This document shows, piece by piece, positions 26,124 through 37,651 of a stretch of 64,000 nucleotides of DNA (the first letter of the stretch is position 1; the number at the start of each line of letters is the position of its first letter). The DNA comes from Lama guanicoe (Eukaryota), in contig MU053472.1 in the NCBI GenBank assembly GCA_013239625.1, positions 1,116,001 to 1,180,000 on the forward strand. Reading direction: 5' to 3'. The notes under the pieces were generated by a model. The model was given only the letters and a program-made list of their open reading frames with translations, did not search any database and had not been told where the DNA came from. The position numbers were made by a program, and so were the translations under genes.

Positions 26124-28489
26124 CTTGCAAAGGCTGATTACCCACTGCGGGGGTGGCTGCCAGCAATGCTCAGAGGCCTGGCTCTTTCACAAAGACCCTT
26201 TGTGGGTAAGAAATACACGACTTATTTACAAATGGTTCAAACACTATAATGACAATAATTAGAGAGAGAGAAAGCAGAGGAAGCAGAGAATAGTAAAAAC
26301 TTGGCAAAATATTAACAATAATCAAATATGAGTGTTGTATTTACTGAAGTTCTCTGTACCCTCTTCCTCTATAAGTTTCAAAACAGTATTTCAAAATAAG
26401 AAGTTTAAAAATGAAGAGAGCTTTTAAAGAGTGTCCTCTTGTGCATCTTTCCTATCATACACGTGCTACAGCCACGTTGCCCACAGGCCTTCTCTGATGG
26501 CACAATACTATTCACCTCTGATTTCTCTGCTCTTCATCAAGGGAACACTTGGAGACAGCTGATATCTGCATTTCCCAGTTAGCTCCAAACAGCTCTAGTT
26601 ATCCTGGCAGCGGAAGAGTGATCACTCCCTCGGTCGCACTCTCCACTTATACCAACTGGAGGGGACAGCTGGGGCCTGAGAACCAGTCCCGATGCCTCAC
26701 AGCTGGCCTCACAGCAAATTCCAAAACAGTGTCCGAAAACGAATGCAAGTCTGCCAGGACCTTGAGAACTGATTTGGAGGTTCTAGTGCAGCAGCAGGTT
26801 TGGCCATGACAAAGGCGGGAAACGGTCCTGCAGACTGGCCCCCAGCGGGAGGCTACTAAGTTCAGGGCCGCTATTCGGCGGTTTTTCTCATAGGTTTCTT
26901 TGAGTTGAAATGAAGTTTCCCTGCTGCTTCAGGTCCTACCTAGCACTGGCCCTTCCCTGCCTCTCTGTGTGGCTTGGGGCGGTCGGCAGTCCCTCTCTGG
27001 GCCTGAAGACCCTCTACACAGCAGGTAAGACCCTGCCGCTGAGGCTTCGCAGCCAGCTTCCGGGTGGAGCCGGCTTCTCCCCGCCCACATCATTTGCATA
27101 AACGAGCTCTCGGCAAGTCCCGGCACTGACTAAAACGGATTGGCGCCTCTGGCTGGGTGGCGTGACTCGCCTCGCGCAACCGCCCTCCTTGCTTTGCGCA
27201 GGCACCTGTGCTCTGGCCCTGCTTTCCAACCACGCCATCCTCGCTGAGGAAAGAAAGCCGAGACTCATCCTCTGACAAATAACTATGGAACTGCTTTTAC
27301 TGTGTGCCCGCCGTTGAGCGGGCGCTGGGGCCGCAGGGAGAAGCCCATCTAGCGCCTGTACTGCGAGAGGGGCTGTGGTGGGAGACTGAGCAGAGAGCAG
27401 ACCAATGACCTGCCTCGTTACCTCTATACCAAGGGACTGGAGCCCAGGATGACAGACCCCGAGCCAGGCAGACCTAGTCCAGGAGGTTCTAGGTCTAGGA
27501 ACCTTCGGACGTGGACTAGTCAAAAATGAGCCCCGTCAGACAGGGTGCGACCAGCTTAGAGCGGTCAGGCCCAGGAGACAGGGCGTTACTTATAGACTGA
27601 ATCATACTTTAGTGGGAGCCCTGCGCCTCATCCCGGCCCCACAGGGGATCCCAATCTGTTAGGATTTCTCGTGCCACGTACGCTCACCGTTCCTGGGCCT
27701 TAAATTGCCGCCCTCTCTGACTGCCCCTCATGGTCTGGTCAACCCCTGGGCCCGCGCTGGGTCCAGGACGCCCTGCCCTCCCCATTCCCTTACCCTCCCC
27801 CTTCTCCTGCCTGCTCAGGGCCCGCCCCGGAAACCCTGCTCCGTCCCCTCTGTGAGTTCAGGCTTAGAGGTGAGGACTGTTGTCCCTGTAGGGCGCGGCC
27901 TGCCTGCTCCGAAGGCGCTGTCCAGCCCACGGTGCTGAAGCGTCCTGGGCCCCGCCAACTGATCAGAGAGCAGTCCCCTCTGGCAGCTGCCATTCCCAAC
28001 GTGGCAGGCTCCAGGCTTCCTGCACACTGGCCTAATAATCCGCAAGGATGCTTGTCTGCCTCAGCAGGCTTAAACTAGAATCGTGTCAGAGGCCTAGCTT
28101 CCCTGAGAAGGCCCAGGGAGGGCCAATGTTTGTCCAAGGACCACGCGGCTCGAGAGAGTGGACAGTACCCAATTTTTCTGCTCTATCCTGGAAGCAGCAG
28201 GCATTCAAGCACTATGAGCATCTCCACTGCCCCCTCTTGACTTGTCCTATGAGTTGTATGGGGAGACTGGGCCCAAGGGAGGGACCACTCATTTTCCAGG
28301 AACTCAGTCCCTCCCACCTGCATCCAAACTCAACAGGCCTTGCTACCTGAAGGGGGTAGGATGAGGCAATCCCAGGAATTCCTCCCATACACTCCCTGCA
28401 GTGAAATGCCTCTCCTTCCACTTTGCATGACCCCTAACTTCGTGGATGTTCACAACTCCTCGACCTCCCTCCCACTCAACATCCAGGCA

Positions 28490-29232
28490 GGCAGGGGAGA
28501 TAAGGTGTCCCCAGTGAGGCACTCTGCAACTTGAAATCTAGAATCTTGCTCTTGAAGGAGTAAATGACACGGTTGCTTCGTGAGTTGAGCATCACTGTGA
28601 TGGCAGTGATACCGAGCAGCATGAAGAAGCTGAGTACAGCTCCTGGGGCAGAAATTAGTCCAGAAAAGACAGGCTGGTAAGACACCAGAAAGAGCAGCCA
28701 CTGGTGTCCAGAACGAAGCCCACATTGGACTTACAATGCATTAGCTCTCCCCCAGGCCCCACAGGTGATCATCATGGCAGCCCAGGACCCAGTCGTACCT
28801 CCTTAGCATCAGCCGAGCCTCAGTTCAGACTGGGAGAGAGATGAGGTACAAGTCCAGGCAAGAAAGTTTGGAGAGAGCGCTCCAGAGGAGCTAAGTCTAG
28901 CCAGCATTCATTTGGAGGAAGTGAATGTCATGTCCTGGTCCCCTGAGATTCATGAAAGGACCCAGGTCCAGTGTCTCCAACTGCTAAGCAACTCCAGTTT
29001 AAGGGTCTCCAGGGTGCATAGTGCATTTTGACTGGACGTGGCCCACAGAACCCCAGGTGACCATGCACCATAGCAGGGCTGAGTTCACACCATGAGGAAG
29101 AGCAGGTGGCAGCCTCAGGATTGTTGAATCATCCCAGGATGAAGATTCTTAAAATATTATTGTGCTGCGTGGTGAATCATGTTGCTGGTACACCCTGGAT
29201 GAGCGCCTGAAGACAGGCAGTGCTGCTCAGCC
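28490..29232 (-). pseudogene. Decayed class A GPCR exon (copy A), paralogue of the 41 kb remnant
   Basis: NECWLD..LQT (ECL2), RLMLRRY (TM5 end), WLLFLVSYQP (TM6), LNSRSNRVIYSFKSK (TM7 NSxxNPxIY-like). In-frame stops and frameshifts upstream. Confidence 0.68.
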
Positions 29233-29589
29233 CTTTGAAAGGATAACTGTGTGGGACAGGAGTGGGCAGTCAATCACAAGATGAGAGGGTCTATCCCCAC
29301 CCCCCTATACATGGGACCCATACTGTAGCCCCCATGCCAATAGATTAATAACTAATGTTGCCCTGAGCATCACAGTGACCCCAAGAGGCAGACAAAGTGA
29401 ATATTAGAGAACTCATTAGGTAGATGGGGCAGAGAAGGCATGGGACAGTCACCAATGCCCCAAAGAAAGCCCAGCTTTCTGGTTTTCAGCTCACCACAAC
29501 CCCCTCCTTCCTGTCCCCTGCTCTCCATTTCATCCATCAAAGAGCTGACACTAATGGAGGTCCCCTCAGTCAGATCCAAACAGCCCTGG

Positions 29590-30080
29590 ATGGTCCGTAA
29601 CAAACAACTGCTCCAGGATCTCAACAACATAATCCTAGGGAAACAGGAGGAGGGCTCCTGCGGCCTGACGGCCAACATGCCAGAACTTGACTGACCCCAC
29701 AGCCAGAAACAGGGGACCTGTTGTAGGGGGGGGTCTGAGGATCTTCCGACAAAGGGATGGATGCTCTTGGGTGATAGTTACATGGCAGCGGTACTAAGCA
29801 GTTGCCAATCCAAACAGTAACAGGAGGTCTGAGGGCCTCCAGGATATCTGTAGGGGAAAAGGGGCTGGAGGGATGTGCTGTGACTGCCGGCATCACCAAT
29901 TGGTGTTTGCCAGCTCCAGTGGTCAGGTCGGGAATGAATTAATGATAGGTGTATAGCTTTGTACAGTGGCAGGACTGTAGCCAGTGAGGTTATCTGAGGC
30001 ACGATTATTGCTAATTGAAAACTTTTCCCAACACCCTGCACGACAACTTGAAATTGGCATTGGCAAATTTTTTTGGCATT
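29590..30080 (-). pseudogene. Possible third GPCR remnant (copy C), or an upstream exon of copy A
   Basis: CRVLGK..ITSLATV..YKAI (TM3, Cys-to-Tyr spacing fits 3.25 to 3.51 with one frameshift), PLFPYRYPGGPQTSCYCLDW (TM4/ECL2), LLLFP*DYVVEIL (TM6-like). Cut off by L1 at ~30085. Confidence 0.4.
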
Positions 30081-30084
30081 GGCA

Positions 30085-30900
30085 TTGGCAAAGTTTTTAA
30101 AAAATAGATGTATAGAAACAGAATAAAGAGTCCAGAAATAGACCTACACCATATGGTCAGTTGATTTTTGACAAATGTGCCAAAGCAATTCAATGCGGGC
30201 GACAACAACCTTTTCAACAAATTGCAATATGTGCCAAAAAAAATTCAACTATGGTTTTACACTACATAGAAAAATAAATTCAAAATGGGTCATGGAAAAA
30301 AAATTTATTTTAATTTTTAAAGTTCAAAAAAAAATCAACTATAGGGGGAGGGTATAGGACAGCGGTAGAGCATGTGCTCAGCATGCATGAGGTCCAGGGT
30401 TCAATCCCTAGTATCTCCATCAAGAAATAAATAAGCAAGCAAACCTAATTACCTCTCCCCAAAACAAACCAAAACAAAAAAGTGCAAAAAAAAAATCAAA
30501 ATGGATGATGTATCTAAACATAAGGAGGTAAAACTATAAAATTCTAGAAGAAAACATAGGAGTGACAAAGTTTGGGAAACAGTTCTTAAATATGGTATCA
30601 AATGTATAAGCTATAAAAGAAACTAAGCAAGTGAAAAATAAGGTAACTATTAACTACAGGAAAAACAAAACATTTTACAAAATAGGAAATTCAATTCTAT
30701 TGCATTACAAGGCTCTGCTGTGACCATTTACATGATCAAAAAAATGAAGATCCTGCATATTAACTTAATCAGAAATTGTGATAAAATAATATTGCAGTGT
30801 AGGAAGAGTAAAGGCTAAATCCTCATTCAAGTAGCATAGATGTCTAAAATTCAAGTGAGTAACAACAGAAGCATATGATTTAAAGATATGGACATAAATG
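30085..30900 (+). mobile_element. Old L1 fragments (ORF2 3' region / 3' UTR)
   Basis: gtccagaaatagacctacac..tggtcagttgatttttgacaaa..gccaaagcaattcaatg and aaactataaaattctagaagaaaacatagg. Confidence 0.75.
30344..30478 (+). mobile_element. tRNA-derived SINE (camelid Vic-1 type) inserted in L1
   Basis: GGGGGAGGGTATAG..GGTAGAG A-box, GGTTCAATCCC B-box, A-rich tail, TSD-like aaagttcaaaaaaaaatcaa / aaagtgcaaaaaaaaaatcaa. Confidence 0.85.
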
Positions 30901-32204
30901 CTCCAAAAACCTCAGAACAATTTGAAAGGAGCTGCCTCTGGAAAGAGGGAACTTGTGTTAGATGTGTAGGGCAAAGATGCTGTTTTTGTCATAAGCCTCT
31001 TGGTGCTCTTTTTCTTTTCAACCATCGCCTGTATTACTTAGACAAAAATAACTTAAATTTAAAGCCACACCAGAGGGCCACTGAGATCTAGGTGTGTGGA
31101 CCTCAGGCCAAGTCCAGCCCTGGTCCAGGAAGCAATCCTGGGAGGTGATCACAGCGGGAACTGTTCAGATGCTCTGCATGTCGGGGAAGTAAAGCTTTGT
31201 CCAGGAGCTGAGAGGCCTGGGCTATCCCATCGCCTAGCTTGACACAGGTCTCAGAGATGCACTCTCGTCTTACCCATGCTTGGCATCACTCCTCTGTCCT
31301 TACCACCCTCAGCATTGCCCTCAGTCACAGCACTTCTCACCCTCCTGTCCCCATCTGTCTCCTTAACTGTCTCTTCCAGGGGACAGAGAGCCCCTTCAAA
31401 AGCCTGGAAGATGCTCTGTTCATTCTCCTCCTCCCCTCTCCCTTCTCCAGTGCCCAGCCCAGGCCTGGCACACTGCAGATGTTGGCAGCCTGGGTTCATG
31501 GACAAAGAAGGTCTTATGAAAGTAAAAGTGCTAGGTGGTGAGTCAGGCCCTGGCAAGTGGTTCCCTCTGACCAGTTTGCCACTCCTCACCTGGCTTGTAC
31601 AATATGTTCTTATGCCTGCTGTGGTGCTGCCACCCAGAGGCCCTTTGGCCACCCCAGGAGCCTCTGTCCTCCCCTGCCAGTCCTCAGCACTGCATCTGCC
31701 CCTGTGGGAACAGATGCCAACGATGCCAATGAAGGGCATGCAGGCTCCTTAGTAAACCTCTTCCCACCAGGAAGCCAGCTGACTTCTGGGATGGTGTGAG
31801 CATGTGCCAGGCATGGTATGGAGTGCTTTACGTGCACTGGCTTTTTAACCCACTCAGAGGCTGTTGTACTGAGAGGGCATGAAGACTTGGGACATGGGGC
31901 AGGTGTGCCAGGCTCTGTCTCCTGCATCATGCCTTGGGCCAAACCCAGGTGTTAACTCACAATCTTAAGTCAGAAACCTGTTCCTCATGGACAGTGACCC
32001 AGTATCTGCAGAAAAGGACCCTTGGCCTGGCCTAGTAAGGGATAGTCTGGTCTGTGTGGTCCCCAATAAATAAGCCAAACCATTCTGTCATCCCTGGGGC
32101 CCCAGGTCCCTGGCAGGGTATGCCTGGACCCCCAAGACCTGGGAGTGGGCGTGGGGAACAGCGAGGTGAAGATTGCGATAGGGAGGATGTATACAGACCA
32201 GATA

Positions 32205-32645
32205 ATGTAAAATTTAAAGTCAGTTCTGCCTGGACATGTACCGGACATGGAATTTAATTGATTAATGATGATACTGATTAAAATAGGATCTACTAATTAT
32301 TGAAGTATTTGTTTAAAATTTAGTTCACCCAAAATGGAGTAATATACTTCACTTCAGTGCGTAACAAAGCACAAAAACAGTATCAATGTTGAATCTGTGA
32401 ATGGCTTTCCATTTACTATGATGTGCTACTGTAAATATACCTCTTTAATTACTTCTGGTCTCTTTGGTGACCTGTTTAAATTTGTGTACATTATTGTACA
32501 TAGAATAAAACGTTTTTATGTCAAGTTTGAACAAATAGCTTTTTAACAGACGTAATAATAATTCAGTGCGTCAGCTGTGCCAAAGATTCCTCAGTGAAAG
32601 TACGTAATGGAAAAAAGCAAAAAAAGAAAAACAAAAACACAAAGG
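32205..32645 (+). pseudogene. Probable retrocopied mRNA 3' UTR fragment (parent gene not identified)
   Basis: Abrupt AT-rich island, TGTAAATA and TGTACATA, AATAAA at 32504-32509, decayed A-tail at ~32611-32643. Confidence 0.55.
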
Positions 32646-33857
32646 AGTGAGGCCCTTCAATCCTGGTGCTGACAGCTCAGAGAAAGGCCAACACACACCT
32701 TGAAACAGAATTGTAGGGTGGGGGGTATTGAGCAGAAGAGTATCAGGCATCTAACCCAGCCAGTAGGCAGGAGACTGGGGAAGGCTTCCTGGAGGAGGTA
32801 AGGACTGACCTGAGTCTTACCAAATGAGTAGACTCTAACTAAAGAAGGGCAGTCCAGGCATAGGGAACAGAATGAGAGAAGGCACAGAGGTAGGGTGTGA
32901 AAGAGCATTTGGTGAGAGGGGAGTATTGAAAGATAAGACTGGAGAGGAGATCCCTGGGGCCAGAGAGGGGAGCTTTTTTGTTGGGATCACTGATTTTTTA
33001 GGGGAGGAAACAGGTTAGCTGTGAGATATAGGAAAGAAAGCCCAGACAGGAGTGGCCCTCCTAAGGAAGAGCCGCTTTCTCCTCCTGCAGGAAGGGAGCA
33101 GGGCTGGAATTCAAAGCCTAGACTTCTACCCCCTCCCAGCACCCCTTCCATGTCAGCTTCCTGCCTTCTTGTCACTGGGAACCCCGGCTTCTGCCGGACA
33201 CTTTTCTCTGCATCCTCTGATGGGCAGCAATACCTGGAAGGCTGTGCAGGGACTCTGCATATCCCTCGGTGTCTGTTGAAATAATCCCAACACAAAATAA
33301 GGCTTAATCAATAGTCTGAACTCGCAACCCAGATCTCTGCAATGGAGAGCAGAGACAGGAAAAGTTCCCTTTTTGCCAGGCCTGAGAAAGCTGCAGCGCC
33401 TCTCTCTCCCCTTCACCTCCACCCTGAGTCCTTTCTAGGCTATTGAGGGAGTCCTGGGGGAGGAAACAGAGCAGGGAGAGGGCTGGAGGAGGTCACTGGA
33501 GTATTATGGGGCCTCCTTGGTAGAGAGGGTGGGGGAACCTTCTGCCTTTAAATATTTTGAAATAGCAATAAACATAACAAGCACAAAAAATTTTGGCAAC
33601 ACGGAAGACACGTGGTGTCTTCTGGCTTGATGGCCCCGTCTCCCAGATCCCAGGCACAGGAGCGCAGGTTCACATCAGCAGGAGGCTGAGATCAGAGTTT
33701 CTGTGGACTTTCCAAGTGTGTTTACTCATATTCCTAAGGGGCCTGCTGAGGTTCCCAGGGACTGCTGAGGAACGGAAAAAAGCAGCCCCTGACATCCAGA
33801 ACTGATCTGACATTCACAGCTAGACCTCAGACACTCAGAGCCAGCTCATATTCTTCT

Positions 33858-35945
33858 GTTGGGCCATAAATGATTACAAAATACCAACCTCAGATAAACT
33901 TACTCTGAGATCATGATAAAATAAGACAAAATAAGGCCACTTCATAAGTTTATCTAAGCACAGACAAAAATAAGGTCACAGAGCTGCACCCATAAAATAC
34001 CAAACATACCCCTCTTTTGGCTAAAACGAATGACTGCTGTATTTTTAGCAGCTCTTTTGAGATATAATTCACATAACACACTATTCATCCATTTAAAGTG
34101 TACAATTCAATGGCTGTGATTATATTCACAGAGCTGTGCTACCACCACCGTAGAAAATTTAGAACATTTCCATTGCCCTAGAAGGGAACCCTGCACCCCT
34201 CAGTCATTCCCTCCAAATCCACCCATCCCCCTGTGCCCTAGGAAACCCCTAAAGAGACTTTCTGCCTCTACAGATGTACCTCTTCTGGACATTTCATATA
34301 AGTGGATCATACAATATGTGGTCCTTTGTGACTGTCTTCTTTCACTTAGCGTAATGTTTCCAAGTTTCATACATGTTGTAGCATGTATCAGCAACTCACT
34401 TCCTACAATGAATTTTATATGTCAACTTGACTGCGGCATGTATGTGTATTGGGCATAACCAATCCTATTGGCTCCATGGCAGGATGTACTCAGAAGCTTC
34501 ACTTTCATACCTCTGATCCCAGTGATTCTACTTCTAAGGATGGATTAATTCTACTACTAATTAAATAAACAAATCCTGAAAGAATTTAGCATCATGCTTA
34601 TAGCAGCATTATTTTAAAAACTAAAAAAAAAAAAAAGAAAGAAAGAAAAAAATCCAACTATTAATAGCAGAGAAATGGCTACATTCAGTACATCTTACAA
34701 AAGGTGTATGGTTGTTGGGTTATAAAGAAAAAAAATTCTGGTGGGAGGGTGTAGTTCAAGTGGTAAAGCACATGCCTAACATGCACAAGGTCCTGGGTTC
34801 AATCCCCAGTACCTCCTCTAAAAATACATAAACCTAATTACCCCCCTACAAAAAGAAAAGAAAAAAATTCTGAAAGAAAATACAGCAAAAACTTTAGGGT
34901 GGTAAGATTACAGGTGATTTTTCACTTTTTCTTTTAAATTATCTACAAACGCAAATATATTGAGTTTTATGTAATACAAACAGCATTTTCTTATTCTGAC
35001 GTAAAAACAAAATGCTGAAACTACAAAAGTGGGAGTTACATATCCTCACACAAGGAGCTGGAAATCTCACACACTGCTGGGAGGAATGGTAATAACCACT
35101 CTGGAAAAGAGTTTGACACTTTTTAAAAATGTTATATGCACACTTACCATAAGATCCAGCCATTCCAGGACTAGGTATTTACACCGTAGGGGACAACTGT
35201 TCTTGGTAGTCTTATAGGTAACAGCCCCAAACTGGAAACAACCCAAAGGTCTACCAGCAGACAAACAGATAATCAGATTGTGGTACATCCATACAATGGA
35301 ATACTATTCAGCAAAAAATAAATAAACTGTTAGGGCGAGGAGGGAAAAATCAGGAGTTGAGGATTAACAGACACTCATTACTATATATAAAATAGATAAA
35401 CAACAGGGACCTACTGTATAGCACAGGGAAATATATTCAATTTCTTGTGATAACATATAATGGGAAAGAATCTGAAAAGGATATACATGTATGTATATGT
35501 TTAACTGAATCATTTTGCTGTATACCTGAAACTAACATTGTAAATAACTACACTTCAATAAAAAATTAAAAAATACATATATATATAAACTATTGACATA
35601 CAACAACATAGATGAATCTCAAAGTAATTATGCTGGATGAAAGAAGCCAAACAAAAAGAGAGGACATACTGAAGGATTACACTTACAAAACTCCAGAAAA
35701 TGCAAGCTAATCAACAGTGACAGAAAGCATATCATTGGTTCCTTGGGAACTGGGAATGGGGAAAGGACAAGGGGTAATTACAAAGGGCCATGGGGACCTT
35801 CGGGTTGATGGATACATATGGTCACTATCATGATTGTGGTGCTAGTTTTGTGATGCATACACATCAAAACTTATTGAATCACACACTTCAAATATGGGGT
35901 TTATTGTACATCAGTTATACCTGAATAAAGTTGTTTTGAAAAAAG
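33858..35945. mobile_element. Mosaic of LTR fragment, L1M (-) and nested L1 (+) 3' fragments
   Basis: ggacatttcatataagtggatcatacaatatgtggtcctttgtgac (L1M, -), tgtggtacatccatacaatggaatactattcagc (L1, +), nested ctactgtatagcacagggaa 3' end. Confidence 0.7.
34740..34860 (+). mobile_element. tRNA-derived SINE (Vic-1 type)
   Basis: A/B boxes, TSD-like aaagaaaaaaa(a)ttctg on both sides. Confidence 0.85.
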
Positions 35946-36068
35946 TCCTCATTTGATCTGATCACCAGCCATAGGTCATTGTTTTTATCAGCATTTTTTA
36001 ATATGGTGGAGTCATATCATGGATAAATTCAACCGAGGATTTACAAACAAAAAATAAAAGAGAAGACA

Positions 36069-36250
36069 GAGGAGGGTATAGCTCAGTGGTAGAGGGCATG
36101 CCTACATGCAAAAGGCCCTGGGTTCAATTTCCAGTACTTTTGTTTAAATAAATAAATAAATAAATTAATAAATAAATAAAGCAAGCAAGCAAGCAAGCAA
36201 GCAAACTAAATTACCCCTCCCCCCATAAAAAGAAGTTTAAGAAAATAAAT
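36069..36250 (+). mobile_element. tRNA-derived SINE (Vic-1 type) with (AAAT)n(AAGC)n expansion
   Basis: GGAGGGTATAGCTCAGTGGTAGAG head, TSD-like aaataaaagag(a/g)aga. Confidence 0.85.
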
Positions 36251-37490
36251 AAAAGAGGAGAACGCATTTCAACAGGTGCGGAGGTAGCTCACCCCTTTCC
36301 AGTCCAGGGCTGAGCCTGAGGCCGGAGGTAGGACTCTGTTGGGCCCTCAGCCCCTCAGCCAGGCTCAGCTCCTGGCTGCCTCTTCAAAGTGTAGGTATTT
36401 CTCCAAGCTTGAGGGCAGTCTGAGATATTTTTTAAATAACGTTTGCTATTTGTACTGAGTGTAGAACTTAACCTTTGTGAAGAAGCATGATATAGCCTTC
36501 GTAGAAAAGTAAAATCTATCTCAAACTTTGAAGCAAAGCTGCAGCAACAGTGATGGCTCTACTTACACTTTCATTGTTCCCTCTTTTCAGTTTCAGGAAG
36601 AGATTATTAGCCATGGTTTCCCGTTAACCTGCAAACACCCAGAGGCTGCACATGGAAAGTGAGTTACTGGCCTGGGGAGGCAGGGAGGACAGTGGAGTGA
36701 CTAAGACTTCAGACAGACCAGTCTGAATGCAGTTTCTGCCACAACTAGCTGGATGGCTTCAGGCAAGTCACTGAACCTTTCTGAGCCTTGAATTTCTCAT
36801 GTATAAAATGGGATGATACCACCCACACAGCAGGGTTGTAAGAGTAAAAAAAGAAAGTGACATTGGTAATATAAGGCCAGTGCAGCCCAGTTAAAGGACT
36901 CCAGCTGTTTGCAGTCAGGTGCTAGAAAATGTGAAAGCAGAGTTTTGCTTCCAAGTTTCTGTTAAGAGGGCTGGAGAAATCTGAAGTTATAGAGCATTTT
37001 TTTTTAAGATCAAAGGACTGAAGGAGTGAAGGAAAATTTCTTCTTCCAGGCCCCCTATTCCCTGAGCTCCCTGCCCCTGGCCCCCAGTGCAGACCAGGCT
37101 CCTGGGGGCAATTATTTGCTCCTGGCCTCTGGTGCTGGCCCTGGCCCACACCCCCATGAATATGAGGGATCTTTAGGGGAACCCGGTGCTTCTGTCCTGC
37201 TTCCAGCTTCAGTGGGGTAGCCTCAGTGATTATACTGTCCAGATGGTACAACACAACTGGGCTGGGGTCACATCCATTAGAGCACTGCCTCAGGGAGCTT
37301 GTGTATGACTTACCCCAACTGCAGCAGGCAAGCAGCAAAGCCTAGGAGCCCAGGAGCAGGGGGAGGGATGGAAGCTGAGGCAAGGGCCATCTCTAACCCT
37401 GCTGGGTACAGCATAAGTCTACACGTCATAGCCCTAGGTTTGGATTATTTGTTTCAATACAGCTAGGAATTTTCCAGAGCCCTCTTACTT

Positions 37491-37651
37491 AAAAAAAAAT
37501 ATTTTTGCGGGAGAGATAATTAGGCTTATTTATTTATTCGTTCATTTATTATTTATTTTTTCTTTTTTATTTAATGGAGGTACTGGGTATTGAACCCGTG
37601 ACCTCGTGCATGCTAAGCCTGCGCTCTACCACTGCGCTCTACCCTCCTCCC
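37491..37651 (-). mobile_element. tRNA-derived SINE (Vic-1 type)
   Basis: Reverse complement of the same head and B-box, cttactt on both flanks. Confidence 0.85.

Noticed and set aside
34010..34030. CTTTTGGCTAA resembling the 5' end of U2 snRNA
   Set aside because: Only ~11 nt match, and it lies inside an LTR fragment
30344..37651. Four tRNA-like sequences with A and B boxes
   Set aside because: They have A-rich tails, TSDs and diverged stems, so they are SINEs rather than tRNA genes
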